From Octopus bimaculoides (Eukaryota): a DNA stretch of 35,326 bases. Positions 1 to 11,517 of this stretch are shown piece after piece; the first letter of the stretch is position 1; every line of letters begins with the position of its first letter. The stretch covers positions 83,814,629 to 83,849,954 of the forward strand of contig NC_068990.1 in NCBI RefSeq assembly GCF_001194135.2. Reading direction: 5' to 3'. The notes under the pieces were generated by a model, which was not told the DNA's origin, did not search any database, and saw nothing but the letters and a program-made list of their open reading frames with translations. The position numbers were made by a program, and so were the translations under genes.

Positions 1-107
1 TAGCTCCAAGGTTAACACTGGTACAGCAGAACTATGGCCAAAGATGCTGGAGTGTGCTTTGAGGGAGATCTGGCTGCTATTTCAAGCAAGTCGGACTACT
101 GCAATGC

Positions 108-420
108 AACTGTATGTGTGTGTGTGCATGCATTGTGCGTGCGTGTGAGTATGTGTGTGTATATGCGAGCATGCATGTGTGTATGTGATATGTGTGCGTG
201 TGTGTGGGTATATGTGCGAGCGTGTGTGTGTGTGAGAGTGTATGTGATGTCTGTATATGTGATATATGTGTATGTGCAGGTGTGTGTATGTGTGTGTATG
301 CGCGAGCGTGCATGTATATGTGCATGCGTGTGCGTGCATGTGTATATGTGTACGTGCGAGCGTGCATGTGTATGTGATGTCTGCGTATGTCTATGTGATG
401 TCAGTGTATGTGTGCGCACG
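108..420. repeat. Degenerate (TG)n/(TATG)n compound microsatellite
   Basis: Continuous GT/AT dinucleotide-derived sequence; explains the overlapping Cys/Val and His/Thr ORFs. Confidence 0.95.
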
Positions 421-1772
421 TGGGAGGGGGAGGAGAGAGAGATTTGGGTGTTGAGAATCTCTGTTTAATGTCGGACATGAAATAATCGCTGAATCAGTGA
501 ACCTGTAAAAGAGAGCGCGATACAAAATAAAATGCATACAAGACAACACTACATTTGTTGTGGGTTTTGTCCAGTCAGTCCCTAATCCATCGCACCCCTT
601 TTTTTTCGGAACATTGCTTATATAAGATTACATTATCCAGCGTGTCATTTTACCCTTTTCAAGACGTTATAGTGCAACTTGAGACATTCGGCTGCTATTT
701 CTAGCAAAAAAGAGCAACCACGTAACGGTAAAGCTTGCCGAGTTCGCTTCTGAACTCGCACGCGCGAACGTATGGATAGATGTGTTTGTTGTTGTTGTTG
801 TTTGCACCCAGGTCAACTTCTAATATACCCATGCCTACCCATGCCGTCACACTTGTTTATTTAAACTTCATTTTTTCCTCCCGAGCTGTGGATGTTATTT
901 ATATATCAGACCCCACGATCGCGTGATAGATCCCTTAAAGTACAAGTGTGTGTGTGTGTGTGTGTGTACGGCTGTAAAAAAATGTGTTGATGTTCACATA
1001 TTTAGTTGTGGATTCTATGTGTTTATGAGCAGTGTGATTCATGTTTTGTAATTGGATATTTATGTTTATCAAAATTTAGTCAGCTTCTCTCTCACGTAGC
1101 TAGATGTATATATGACAACATTTATACATTCAGACATACATGCATACATGTGAAACAAACACATGTATTTAGGAAGATCATTTGTCCACGAAACTCACGT
1201 ACTGGTTTTATCCCACTTCTTTTTACTATTATTTGTCAACTAGTTAATTGATAAACCTGTTAACTAATTAACTACTTTAATAATGATAATAATAACAACA
1301 GCAAAAAGTGAAATAGAGTTAGTGCGTGTGCTTTTTTAATCGAGGAAATGACCCTCCCACGAGCTTCAATACACGAATTTGCAATAGGAATCTTCTAATA
1401 CAAATATAGACACGAAAAGGGAAATGCACTTTATGTAAATTTATCCTGTAGAAATACTTAAAACCATCATTATCTGTTGGGATACGAGACTGTGTGATGT
1501 CCATGTCTTTCTCATATTGTCGTGACAAAATTCAATTTGGATTATATAACAAAAGATCCATGTTGTTTTATTACATTTTATAACACATGGAAACAAACAA
1601 AATGAAAGGAAAAAAATTTGGCCATCAAACCATCGTATGAGTGAGATGGGGGTATCGCATACGATACGATCGGAAGGTACCCAAATCGTAGAGAAGCCCG
1701 TTTGACAGCTGAAGTTGGGAATGTTCCTCATGCCAAATATAATAATTATGAATGTGTGTGTGTGTGTGTGTA

Positions 1773-1813
<41 letters not shown>

Positions 1814-2107
1814 CCACATGGCAAAACGTACCAGTATCTATGATGTAATTATTAATGTGTACATACACACACACACACAAACAAATAGCCCCTGATAACT
1901 TCCTCGTAGAATTTTTGCAGGAGATTACAAAAGTGGTTTTCTCTTGTTTTTGGTGGATATATTTTACAAGGAATCATGCAACCGGTTTAATATAATCATG
2001 TCCGTCACACCTGCCTAGGCATTACGAACATAAAGAAGCGGACCATTATCGCAAGGTTCAAACTGTTCTGCTAGTTTACCGCCCTATGCATAATAGCATG
2101 TGTATGT

Positions 2108-3015
2108 ATACTAATCTCCCAGACTTTGTGTACGCGCGCGTGAGTGAGTGAGTGAATGAATGAGTGAGTGTGTGCGTGTGTTCTCCAGGAACCTCATTCA
2201 TTCATTATGAACTAACGAAAAGATCCGCTAGAAATAGCAACTAAATTGTTTCCAAATTACACTCGAGAATCTTAAAATTAAAAGACGAACGGGCATGTGA
2301 AAATACACATCACATGCCTGCTTAATATAATCCTCCTAAGAAAACAGTGTGTAGGACGATAAAATGTGGAATGGTCATGACTGAACCGTTAGTAAATTAA
2401 CTGTTGTTTAGTCCCAGTAAGTTACTGGCACTAAACAACAACAGCTAATTTCACAATAACTACGATATTTCTTTAACAAAAACAAACGAGTAATTCTCTC
2501 TACTTCTTCACTGGAGTTTATAGAAACAGAACGAAATACCTTGGAAACTGTACCCTTCTGTCTTAAAATAGAAACATACCAATAGATAATGTAACTGTAA
2601 GTACATTGTGTCGGCACAAAAGCTTGGATGATCACAACTGGAATGCTCCTGAACAAAGTTTTGTTCGATCGAAGCTGATTCGGGGCTAAACAACACATTC
2701 CTTAAAATCCGAAGTGTAATATAAAGAAAGGATAAATGAAATAAAATTAAAACGAACACATGGTCGAAATTAGAGAAGAGATGGATATAAAAACAAACCT
2801 TCAGCTTTAAGAAGACCCCTGAGTTGAGAATCCGTTTCTGTAATATCGAGGTAATTAGAACCATCATCTTCTACACCAGACAGCATTGTCATGGAGAGAC
2901 AGACAGAGAAAGTGAGCGAGAGAAGAGAGAAACTGCAAGCTGAGATGGATGCTTGATAAAGTGTTAAAGGAATGTAACAGTTTCCTTGTAGACGTTTTTC
3001 TCACTCTTTAAATTC
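2108..3015 (+). repeat. Left arm of ~0.9 kb inverted duplication
   Basis: Reverse complement matches 8063-9044 along its length; ORFs 2408..2698(-) and 8441..8731(+) differ by one residue. Confidence 0.95.
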
Positions 3016-3657
3016 CTCTAGTCCAACAGCTTACCGATTCCAGTGTCGTCATCTTCGCCCACTTTTCTGACTTCCATCGTTGCATCTAGACGTTGAGAAT
3101 TAGTAGTGAGTGTGTGAGAGAAGGAGAGGAAAAAGAGAGACGGAGGAAAGGAATTAATGAAAGCGAGAGAGAGTTACTGCAAGCCGACGTGTTGCCGTGG
3201 TTCGAGAGAAGTTACTACTGTCACTAGGAGCAATATTTATGAGCACTCCCGACTTGCTAAAAATAGCAGCCACATTTCCCTTGAATATCCTGACCCACCG
3301 TTCTAAAATACGAGAAGGTTTCGTTAGGTAATATATCCGAGATATCTCTAAAATTGGTTGGCCACGACTAGAAAGTCTTAATCACAAGTCTGACCTGGGT
3401 TAAACAAAAATTGTCAGTTCTATGTTTACATGCAGAAACATACATACTGAAGAAATAATACCGCACAAAAGCAGTGTCTTCATTATAGGCATGTAGCCTC
3501 ACAGTTCACAGATGAACTGCGAAGGCCATGGGCACTGTCTTTTCCACACCAAACAAGTGTGTCTGTGTATACATATACACACACGCCATTGACATCAGTT
3601 TAATTACAGCGTTGGTTAAATCAGTCAATACAAAGTGAGTATTGATCTTTGAATCGA

Positions 3658-3748
3658 AATGTATACAACGTTGAACTGAGAGGAAATTTCAAACGGAAGT
3701 ATGTATTGAGTACTATAAACAATATAAATAACACATACACAGAAATGG
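3658..3748 (+). repeat. ~90-bp direct repeat, copy 1 (copy 2 at 5485-5577)
   Basis: Shared core ttgaa(c/t)tgagaggaaatttcaaacggaag...tactataaacaatataa. Confidence 0.85.
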
Positions 3749-3824
3749 ATATAATGAAAACATATATCCGTTAACTAGGATTGGTTTAATTTTTGTATAA
3801 AAGTTTTATGTATATGTATATATG

Positions 3825-3855
<31 letters not shown>

Positions 3856-4877
3856 AATTATGTGTATTTCTTCTATCTTAATGAATAAAAATTCTTCTGA
3901 AAGAATAAATGGGTTAATAGAAACCAATGTAGCAAAGAACACAAAATAACTGTGGTTAGCTCCTGTTTTTAAGGCAGGAACTCCTTGAAATTTTGGGTAT
4001 TTGAGTATATTTAAGAGTTTAAGGATTGGAGAAAACGCATGTTATAATTGCATACTTTATTCCTACATATGTTTCAAAGGATTACAACCTGTGTGATCCA
4101 TAGGGATCTTTGATATTAAAATTGTAACCTTCTCATCAGGGAAAGCATGGGAATCATCTTAAACGTAAGACANNNNNNNNNNNNNNNNNNNNNNNNNNNN
4201 NNNNNNNNNNNNNNNNNNNNNNNNNNNNNNNNNNNNNNNNNNNNNNNNNNNNNNNNNNNNNNNNNNNNNNNNNNNNNNNNNNNNNNNNNNNNNNNNNNNN
4301 NNNNNNNNNNNNNNNNNNNNNNNNNNNNNNNNNNNNNNNNNNNNNNNNNNNNNNNNNNNNNNNNNNNNNNNNNNNNNNNNNNNNNNNNNNNNNNNNNNNN
4401 NNNNNNNNNNNNNNNNNNNNNNNNNNNNNNNNNNNNNNNNNNNNNNNNNNNNNNNNNNNNNNNNNNNNNNNNNNNNNNNNNNNNNNNNNNNNNNNNNNNN
4501 NNNNNNNNNNNNNNNNNNNNNNNNNNNNNNNNNNNNNNNNNNNNNNNNNNNNNNNNNNNNNNNNNNNNNNNNNNNNNNNNNNNNNNNNNNNNNNNNNNNN
4601 NNNNNNNNNNNNNNNNNNNNNNNNNNNNNNNNNNNNNNNNNNNNNNNNNNNNNNNNNNNNNNNNNNNNATTTCGAATGATTAGAGAAATAAATAAATAAT
4701 TGTTAATGTTTACATTTGTGGGAGTGCTTATACATATATTTTATTTCATATAATTATACGTGATAGATGGTTATTTGTGAAAAAGAGTTTTCAGTCGTGA
4801 GTGGATTTTCCAGTCGAAGATGACGTATAATCGTTCAGCTTTTCCCAAGCGTCCTGCACAAAGAATTTGTTTATAGC

Positions 4878-5036
4878 AGTGCTCTGCAACCTTTTTTTCA
4901 CTTGCGGTACACTTATATTCTTTTCAAAATTCGGTGGCACACCTGAACTGAAAATATAACTAAAAGGGAGAAAAATTTCCTAGCATCGTCTCTTGGCTCA
5001 CCAGTGTGCCGCGGCATACCATTTTTCGGAGCATTG
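4878..5036. mobile_element. hAT-type MITE, 159 bp
   Basis: TIRs CAGTGCTCTGCAA and RC CAATGCTCCGAAA; exact 8-bp TSD GTTTATAG at 4870-4877 and 5037-5044. Confidence 0.85.
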
Positions 5037-5699
5037 GTTTATAGTGACCAAAATGTTCGTGCCGCACATTAGCTCGCTCCCTCCTGCCATCAAATTGATG
5101 TTGTCTGAACTGGGGCGCTGTGTACCACGTGTCGGGTGTCGAAGTGGCCGAAGGGAAACGTGAGATGAAGTGCTTTGATCAAGAACACAATGCATCACCC
5201 AGTCTAGATATTGAAACTACGATCTAGCGATCGTGAGTGCAACACCCTAACCACTAAGCCATGCACCCTCGCACACACACACACACACACATCTATATGT
5301 ATATGTACACGCGCGCGCAAATTGTATACATATGATAGACTATGCACATGTATACATCTATGACAAGTAGATGTATATACACGTGTTTTGTGTGTGTGTG
5401 TGTTTGCGTGTGAGTGTATATTCTTCGGACGTAAGTTAACTGAATCATGTATCATTTGAACTGGAGATTTTCAAGTGGTTTTTGAATGTATATAACATTG
5501 AATTGAGAGGAAATTTCAAACGGAAGCATATATTGAATACTATAAACAATATAAGTAACACACACAAACACAAATGGTTATTACGTAAGCGTCAATCTAA
5601 GAGAAAAAAAATGTGTACATATTTGCATGTGTGTAGGTCGTATGCATATAGAATACTATATACATACAGACACCTTCGCTCCAAGAAGCATTGATTTAT

Positions 5700-6924
5700 C
5701 ATGGCAGATATTTATGGAGATTGTCACAAACATATGTGAATACCCCCTGCGGTTCATGAACAAGACAAAATACGGACTAACACATCCCAGAAAATCACTC
5801 ATACGAAAAATAAAGAGAACGAATTTGAGAATCAACCGGCTAAAATATTGCCAGCTACAATACTTCCACATGGCGGATATAGACACGCCAGAATCAAGGA
5901 AACACCATCTCCAAAACTGTTTGAAAAAATGTTATTGACGATCAAAGAAAAGCAGAAGAGAAATGGGCCATTTATAAAATAAAAGCCAACGCGAAAGTGT
6001 TCTTCTCATTCGCTAAAAAGCATAAGGTTGCAGTCTCGTCTATTGGACCTCTCATTGATGAAAACAACACACTGCAAAGTGGTACAGAGGACATGGTCGA
6101 GATTCTGCAGAAGCAATGCTACTCCGCTTTTAGATATCCGAATATGATTAATCTGAAAAGCATTGACGAATCAAACCCTAAGCACACCCTGTGTGATATA
6201 TCATTTGGTGTGCAAGATATCAGAGCAGCTATAAATCAAATTACAAATAACTCAGCTGCAAATCCTGACAGATTCCCCGCTAAAGACCTGAAGGAATGCC
6301 GTCACCACCTCGCATTCCCCCCTAGCCATTCTCTGGAGGAAATCACTAGACGCTGGCTATATTCCTGATGGTTTCCTTTCTCAGTCGATCGTTCCAGTCT
6401 TCAAAAAGGGCAGCAAGTCCCAGGCAGTGAAATACCGACCTATCTCTCCCTTCTCATGTCATCAAATTATTCGAGAGAGTGGTGCGATCTAGGGTGACTC
6501 ACTTCCTGGAAAACAACAATCTGCTGGTTCCCAAGTAGCATGCCTCTCCGCAATGGCAGGGACTGTCTTACACATCTCCTGCATCACTTCGACGATAACC
6601 CCTAAGGCCCTGGGTGAGGGAACCAATGCAGATGTCATATCTTCACTTCAGCAAGGCCTTTGACGAGGTTGACCACAACATCTTGTTAAAAAAGCTCTCC
6701 AGCATTGGAGCGCAAGGGAAGCTTCTAAAGTGGTTTAAATCCTTTCTGGTGAACAGAACGCAGCATGTGGTGATCAATGGTGTTCGATCAAGCACAGCAA
6801 AAGTCATCAGTGGTGTCCCACAAGGCACTGTGTTAGGCCCACTCCTATTCCTTATCTACATAAATGACGTCATAAATGACATCATCAGGGTTATTAAATA
6901 CAGTAATATAAAAATTTTCGCGGA
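5700..6924 (+). mobile_element. Decayed non-LTR retrotransposon ORF2/reverse transcriptase fragment (CR1/L2-type)
   Basis: Frameshifted pieces: VFFSFAKK..IGPL, IVPVFKKGSK...[46 protein letters not shown]; several stops and frameshifts. Confidence 0.93.
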
Positions 6925-7332
6925 ACTTTCCAGGAAGTAATTCTCCGCTCTGAACTTTCCAGGAAGTAATTTACCCCCCCTCGGAAATTTCCATGAAGTA
7001 ATTTATCACCCCTCCCTCGGAACTTTACAGGAAGTAATTCCTCCCCTCACTCGGAACTTTTCAGGAGGTAATTCCTCCCCCGTCGGAACTTTCCAAGAAG
7101 TAATTCGTCCCTCGGAACTTTCCAGTAATTCCTCCCTTGGAAAGGGTGACGAAGGGGAGGAATTACTTCCTGGAAAGTTCCGAGGAGGGATGAATTACTT
7201 CCTGGAAAGTTCCGAGGAGGAGGACGAAGGGGAGGAATTACTTCCTGGAAATTCCGAGGAGGGGGAGGAAGGGGCGGAATTACTTCTTGGAAAGTTCCGA
7301 GAGGAGGAGTAATTACTTCCTGGAAAGTTCCA
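6921..7332. repeat. Fold-back minisatellite: 7 forward and 5 reverse units of CGGAACTTTCCAGGAAGTAATT plus C-rich (or G-rich) spacers
   Basis: Forward cores near 6921, 6951, 6982, 7018, 7052, 7084, 7113; reverse cores near 7161, 7194, 7236, 7278, 7311; orientation flips at ~7140. Confidence 0.95.
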
Positions 7333-8062
7333 AGGAGGGGGAGGAAGGGTGCACACAGTGTATGTCAGTAAAGGAAAACGGAAAAAGTGATAGTAATATG
7401 ATCCTCCTGAAACAGAAGGGCACGTAGAGCTTTTCGGGGAACCCCCACCATCCAGGATCTTCCTGAACACCATGCGCAATTGCCCTCTCCAATTCTTGTT
7501 CTCCGACACAAAGGTCCACAATTTCATTTTACATTCGCAAATGTTTATGTGCTTTTTTCAATGTAATTACTATTTAAAATGCAATTATTGCGTATACATA
7601 ACTGTAATTGATGGTTTCGTTCTTATAAATTTCTGATCTTATGCTAGTGTGTGAAATCGTTACTACAAACTGAATTTGCACCTGTCTCCTGTTACATTTT
7701 TATCCGTACATCACATTTTATTACTCTCTAAATAGTGTTGTCTTGCAAATGAACACCTATGTGGCAAAAAAAGATTTAGATGTTCTCACATAACAAGTCA
7801 ACAGCTTGCTTGATACAAGTAACCCCCACTGACTCCATTAGCTTTTTTTACCGGCAGAAAGAGAAAAACTGAGGATAGAAGTTAGGAAAACTAGAAAATA
7901 AAGATTAAGCTGGAATTTTTAATAAAAAACGGCGGTCGTGTCAAATAGGCATCTTGTATTTTTTAAATATTTGTTTTCAAAAATTTTCTTCGAATTTCTG
8001 TTTTTAACAACAAAGATTATAATTTTTATCAAAAAGAAAATAATAAAGGCATTAAATAAGAA

Positions 8063-9044
8063 GAATTTAAAGAGTGAGAAAAACGTCTACAAGGAAACTG
8101 TTACATTCCTTTAACACTTTATCAAGCATCCATCTCAGCTNNNNNNNNNNNNNNNNNNNNNNNNNNNNNNNNNNNNNNNNNNNNNNNNNNNNNNNNNNNN
8201 NNNNNNNNNNNNNNNNNNNNNNNNNNCTTTCTCTGTCTGTCTCTCCATGACAATGCTGTCTGGTGCAGAAGATGATGGTTCTAATTACCTCGATATTACA
8301 GAAACGGATTCTCAACTCAGGGATCTTCTTAAAGCTGAAGGTTTGTTTTTATATCTATCTCTTCTCTAATTTCGACCATGTGTTCGTTTTAATTTTATTT
8401 CATTTATCCTTTCTTTATATTACACTTCGGATTTTAAGGAATGTGTTGTTTAGCCCCGAATCAGCTTCGATCGAACAAAACTTTGTTCAGGAGCATTCCA
8501 GTTGTGATCATCCAAGCTTTTGTGCCGACACAATGTACTTACAGCTACATTATCTATTGGTATGTTTCTATTTTAAGACAGACGGGTACGGTTTCCAAGG
8601 TATTTCGCTCTGTTTCTATAAACTCCAGCGAAGAAGTAGAGAGAATTACTCGTTTGTTTTTGTTAAAGAAATATCGTAGTTATTGTGAAATTAGCTGTTG
8701 TTGTTTAGTGCCAGTAACTTACTGGGACTAAACAACAGTTAATTTACTAACGGTCCAGTCATGACCATCCCACATTTTATCCTCCTACACACTGTTTTCT
8801 TAGGAGGATTATATTAAGCAGGCATGTGATGTGTATTTTCACATGCGCGTTCGTCTTTTAATTTTAAGATTCTCGAGTGCAATTTGGAAACAATTTAGTT
8901 GCTATTTCTAGCGGATCGAATGATTACCCAAGTCTTTTCGTTAGTTCATAATGAATGAACGAGGTTCCTGGAGAACACACGCACACACTCACTCATTCAT
9001 TCATTCACTCACCCGCGCGTACACAAAGTCTCTGAAATTAGTAT
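8063..9044 (-). repeat. Right arm of ~0.9 kb inverted duplication (includes gap 8141-8226)
   Basis: Starts gaatttaaagagtgagaaaaacgtc (RC of ~2990-3015) and ends attagtat (RC of 2108-2115); has an extra ~17-nt insertion near 8918-8935. Confidence 0.95.
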
Positions 9045-10237
9045 GTCTGTATATATGTATGTATGTATGTATGCTTGCCTGTTTCTATGTGAAATAATAG
9101 TTTCACTTTAATAGCTTCAGTATTAAAGTGAAACTATTAAAGTGAAAATATCTGACATTACAATAGAGAGATGTTATTGTTTCACTTTTGACACGTAACA
9201 CTGAAATAATGGAGGAGATATGATATTGCTCTGGGCTTTGCACTAGGCAAGAAGTTTTTAAGAAATGGCCTATGACACTACATAGACTCTAAGTAAGGCA
9301 TGTGTAAAATTTGAATGAAATTGGTTGTGTAGTTCTCAAGTTTTAGGGATTCACACAGACACAAATTCTCATCTTTATGCATATAGATATATATAGGGAG
9401 AGAGATAGAGAGAGAGAGAATTTGATATTGATATAAGTATATATACATGCATGTATATATGTAGGGATACACACACATGCACATTTAGACACACAGACAC
9501 ACACGCTTGCAGGTAAGTGTGCAGAGAACAGATATTCTTTATATAACTGTCCTAGTTTTTACTTTTTTATCAAGGACTTTTCAAAGTTTTGTTTGAAGAG
9601 CAATTTGATACCAAATGGATCTGCTGAGATAAACCAGTGGGAGACATTGCAAACAATGTGCTGCATCAGGAGAAATAGGAATGGAACATGGTCAGACTCA
9701 GCGAGATAAGGGCCTGACTAAGAAGATAGTTTCTCACCTCTGGGTGGGCGGGTGGAGTGCTTTATTTAGTTACCAATTTACAATACACTCAGTACATTAA
9801 TACCAGGAGCAAACTGCCTGATTTCTACACATTGCCTGCAGTCACCAAGAACGAGGTGAATATTTCAGGCATCCTCAGAGCTGGCNNNNNNNNNNNNNNN
9901 NNNNNNNNNNGTCACCAAGAACGAGGTGAATATTTCAGGCATCCTCAGAGCTGGCACTAGTAATCTCAGTTCCATGCAGGTAGGGTTAGATTAAAACCCT
10001 TTGAGGCCCCTAAGCCTTTAAAAGATTTTGGTGCCACCATATATATGTACTTCAAAATTTAAACAATAATAAGCCATAAATTGACTTTTTTTGCATTTTC
10101 TTTTTTGCTTTTCAAAATGAAACAAAAGTAATAGTAAGACGGGAGAAAATGTTTATTTTTATCTTTTTATGCTTCCACTTTATATTTCAAAACTTTTCTC
10201 CTACTTTTTCCTAATTGTAAATCCTTCGATCAAATCC

Positions 10238-10645
10238 TCACCATGATACTGATTGAAAAGAAACTGATTGCAGTGATTGTAGTGAAAGCAGAGACAGTAT
10301 TGACGATGACGATGGTCCAGTATGGGAGGAGGATAAAATAGTATCGGTAGTTATAACAGCGACAGGAGTGGTGTGATGCTGAGGTGATGGTGGTAATAGT
10401 GGTGTTGATGATAGTGTTAATTGTGTAATGGTAGCATTGTAGTGGTTATACTGGTTGTAGTGGTGAAAGTGACTGTCAAGGTAACCATCATGATAACGTT
10501 GATGGCGGTGAATGTGGTTGAAGTGGAAGCAATGACAATGCTGCTGATGATGATGTTGGTGGTGGTGGTGGTGGTGGTGGTGATAGTAGTAGGATAGTTG
10601 TGGTGGTGATTGTGATATGGTGGTAGTGGTGGTCGTCATCATCGT
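10238..10645. repeat. Degenerate trinucleotide (GGT/GAT/AGT) low-complexity tract
   Basis: Mixed triplet repeats; source of the His/Thr-rich ORF. Confidence 0.85.
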
Positions 10646-10768
10646 AGTGCTGCTCCTGCTGGTTTGGCGGAGGTCTGCGCTTTCCGAGTGCTTTTCTAGT
10701 TTGATTAGCTACGACTTAGAGCTACACAACATAAGCAGGACATTTGTAAGGTAGCTTAATATTTTAGC

Positions 10769-10779
10769 TTTATTTTATT
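10769..10779 (-). promoter_or_regulatory. Candidate polyadenylation signals (two overlapping AATAAA) for the aGPCR; another AATAAA at 11068-11073
   Basis: TTTATT twice on plus; a GT-rich stretch (ttatgttgtgt) follows further downstream on minus. AATAAA is common in AT-rich DNA. Confidence 0.35.
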
Positions 10780-11141
10780 GCTTTTTTTTTTTTTCATTTT
10801 GTAGTATTCACTTATGATGTATAAAACATAGTTAGTAAAAGATAGTTTTTTTTCAAGGGTAATTAATTACCATAAGCAAATAGTTCAATAGATTATAGTT
10901 CAAAAAGTTAAAACAGATGTTCAATAGACAAATTACATGAAGCACTCTTATTTTCTTTTTTTTTTTTGTTTTTGTTTTGTACAAGAATGATATCCATTGA
11001 TTTTACACACAGTGTTGGATTTCTAGTTTTAAGTTAAATTCTATTTGTTTTGCAAGAAAGCTTAAGATTTATTATGATAAAAAAATTTGAATACATGATT
11101 GCATGAAAAAGGAAGCTTTTAAGTAATTATTTAACGAGGTT

Positions 11142-11221
11142 TTACAGTCTTGTATTCATTTTGTCCCCATTTGAACTGGTAACCTTTGAACTCACTGCTC
11201 CACTACTAGAATCTGAATTAT
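11142..11221 (-). CDS. aGPCR terminal exon (NSDSSSGAVSSKVTSSNGDKMNTRL*)
   Basis: Strong acceptor tcttttccgtttttcag|AT, phase 1, TAA at 11144-11142; Ser-rich tail followed by AT-rich UTR-like sequence. Confidence 0.75.
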
Positions 11222-11455
11222 CTGAAAAACGGAAAAGACAAGAAATGAGTAATTAGAAAAAATGTTAAATTTATGAATTTTATTCCAACAGGCACAGGAG
11301 TGGCTGTGTGGTAAGTAGCTTGCTCACCAACCACCTGGTTCCGGGTTCAGTCCCACTGCATGGCATCTTGGGCAAGTGTCTTCTACTATAGTCTCGGGCC
11401 GACCAAAGCCATGTGAGTGGATTTGGTAGACGGAAACCGAAAGAAGCTCGTCGTA

Positions 11456-11517
<62 letters not shown>

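Noticed and set aside
34-468. Overlapping Cys/Val and His/Thr-rich ORFs
   Set aside because: Translations of a (TG)n-type microsatellite; no coding signal.
2408-2867. ORFs duplicated at 8263-8731
   Set aside because: Their similarity just reflects the DNA inverted duplication; no domain or splice pattern supports coding.
4147-4683. Long X-filled ORFs here and at 13283-13688, 19753-20421, 24659-25997, 28191-28851
   Set aside because: Artefacts of N gaps lacking stop codons.
6921-7332. Possible CRISPR array (conserved core with variable spacers)
   Set aside because: Spacers are short C/G-rich variants of each other, orientation flips mid-array, there are no cas genes and the context is eukaryotic.
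7195-7527. ORFs 7195..7527 and 7313..7519
   Set aside because: Partly translations of the minisatellite; the rest has no recognisable motif.
9841-9955. Exact 45-bp duplication (9841-9885 and 9911-9955)
   Set aside because: Copies sit on either side of a 25-N gap, typical of overlapping contig ends.
10238-10642. His/Thr-rich ORF as an extra aGPCR tail exon or separate gene
   Set aside because: Degenerate triplet repeat downstream of the stop and candidate poly(A) signals.
11290-11370. tRNA gene
   Set aside because: tRNA-like boxes belong to a SINE head repeated several times; no cloverleaf with an acceptor stem.
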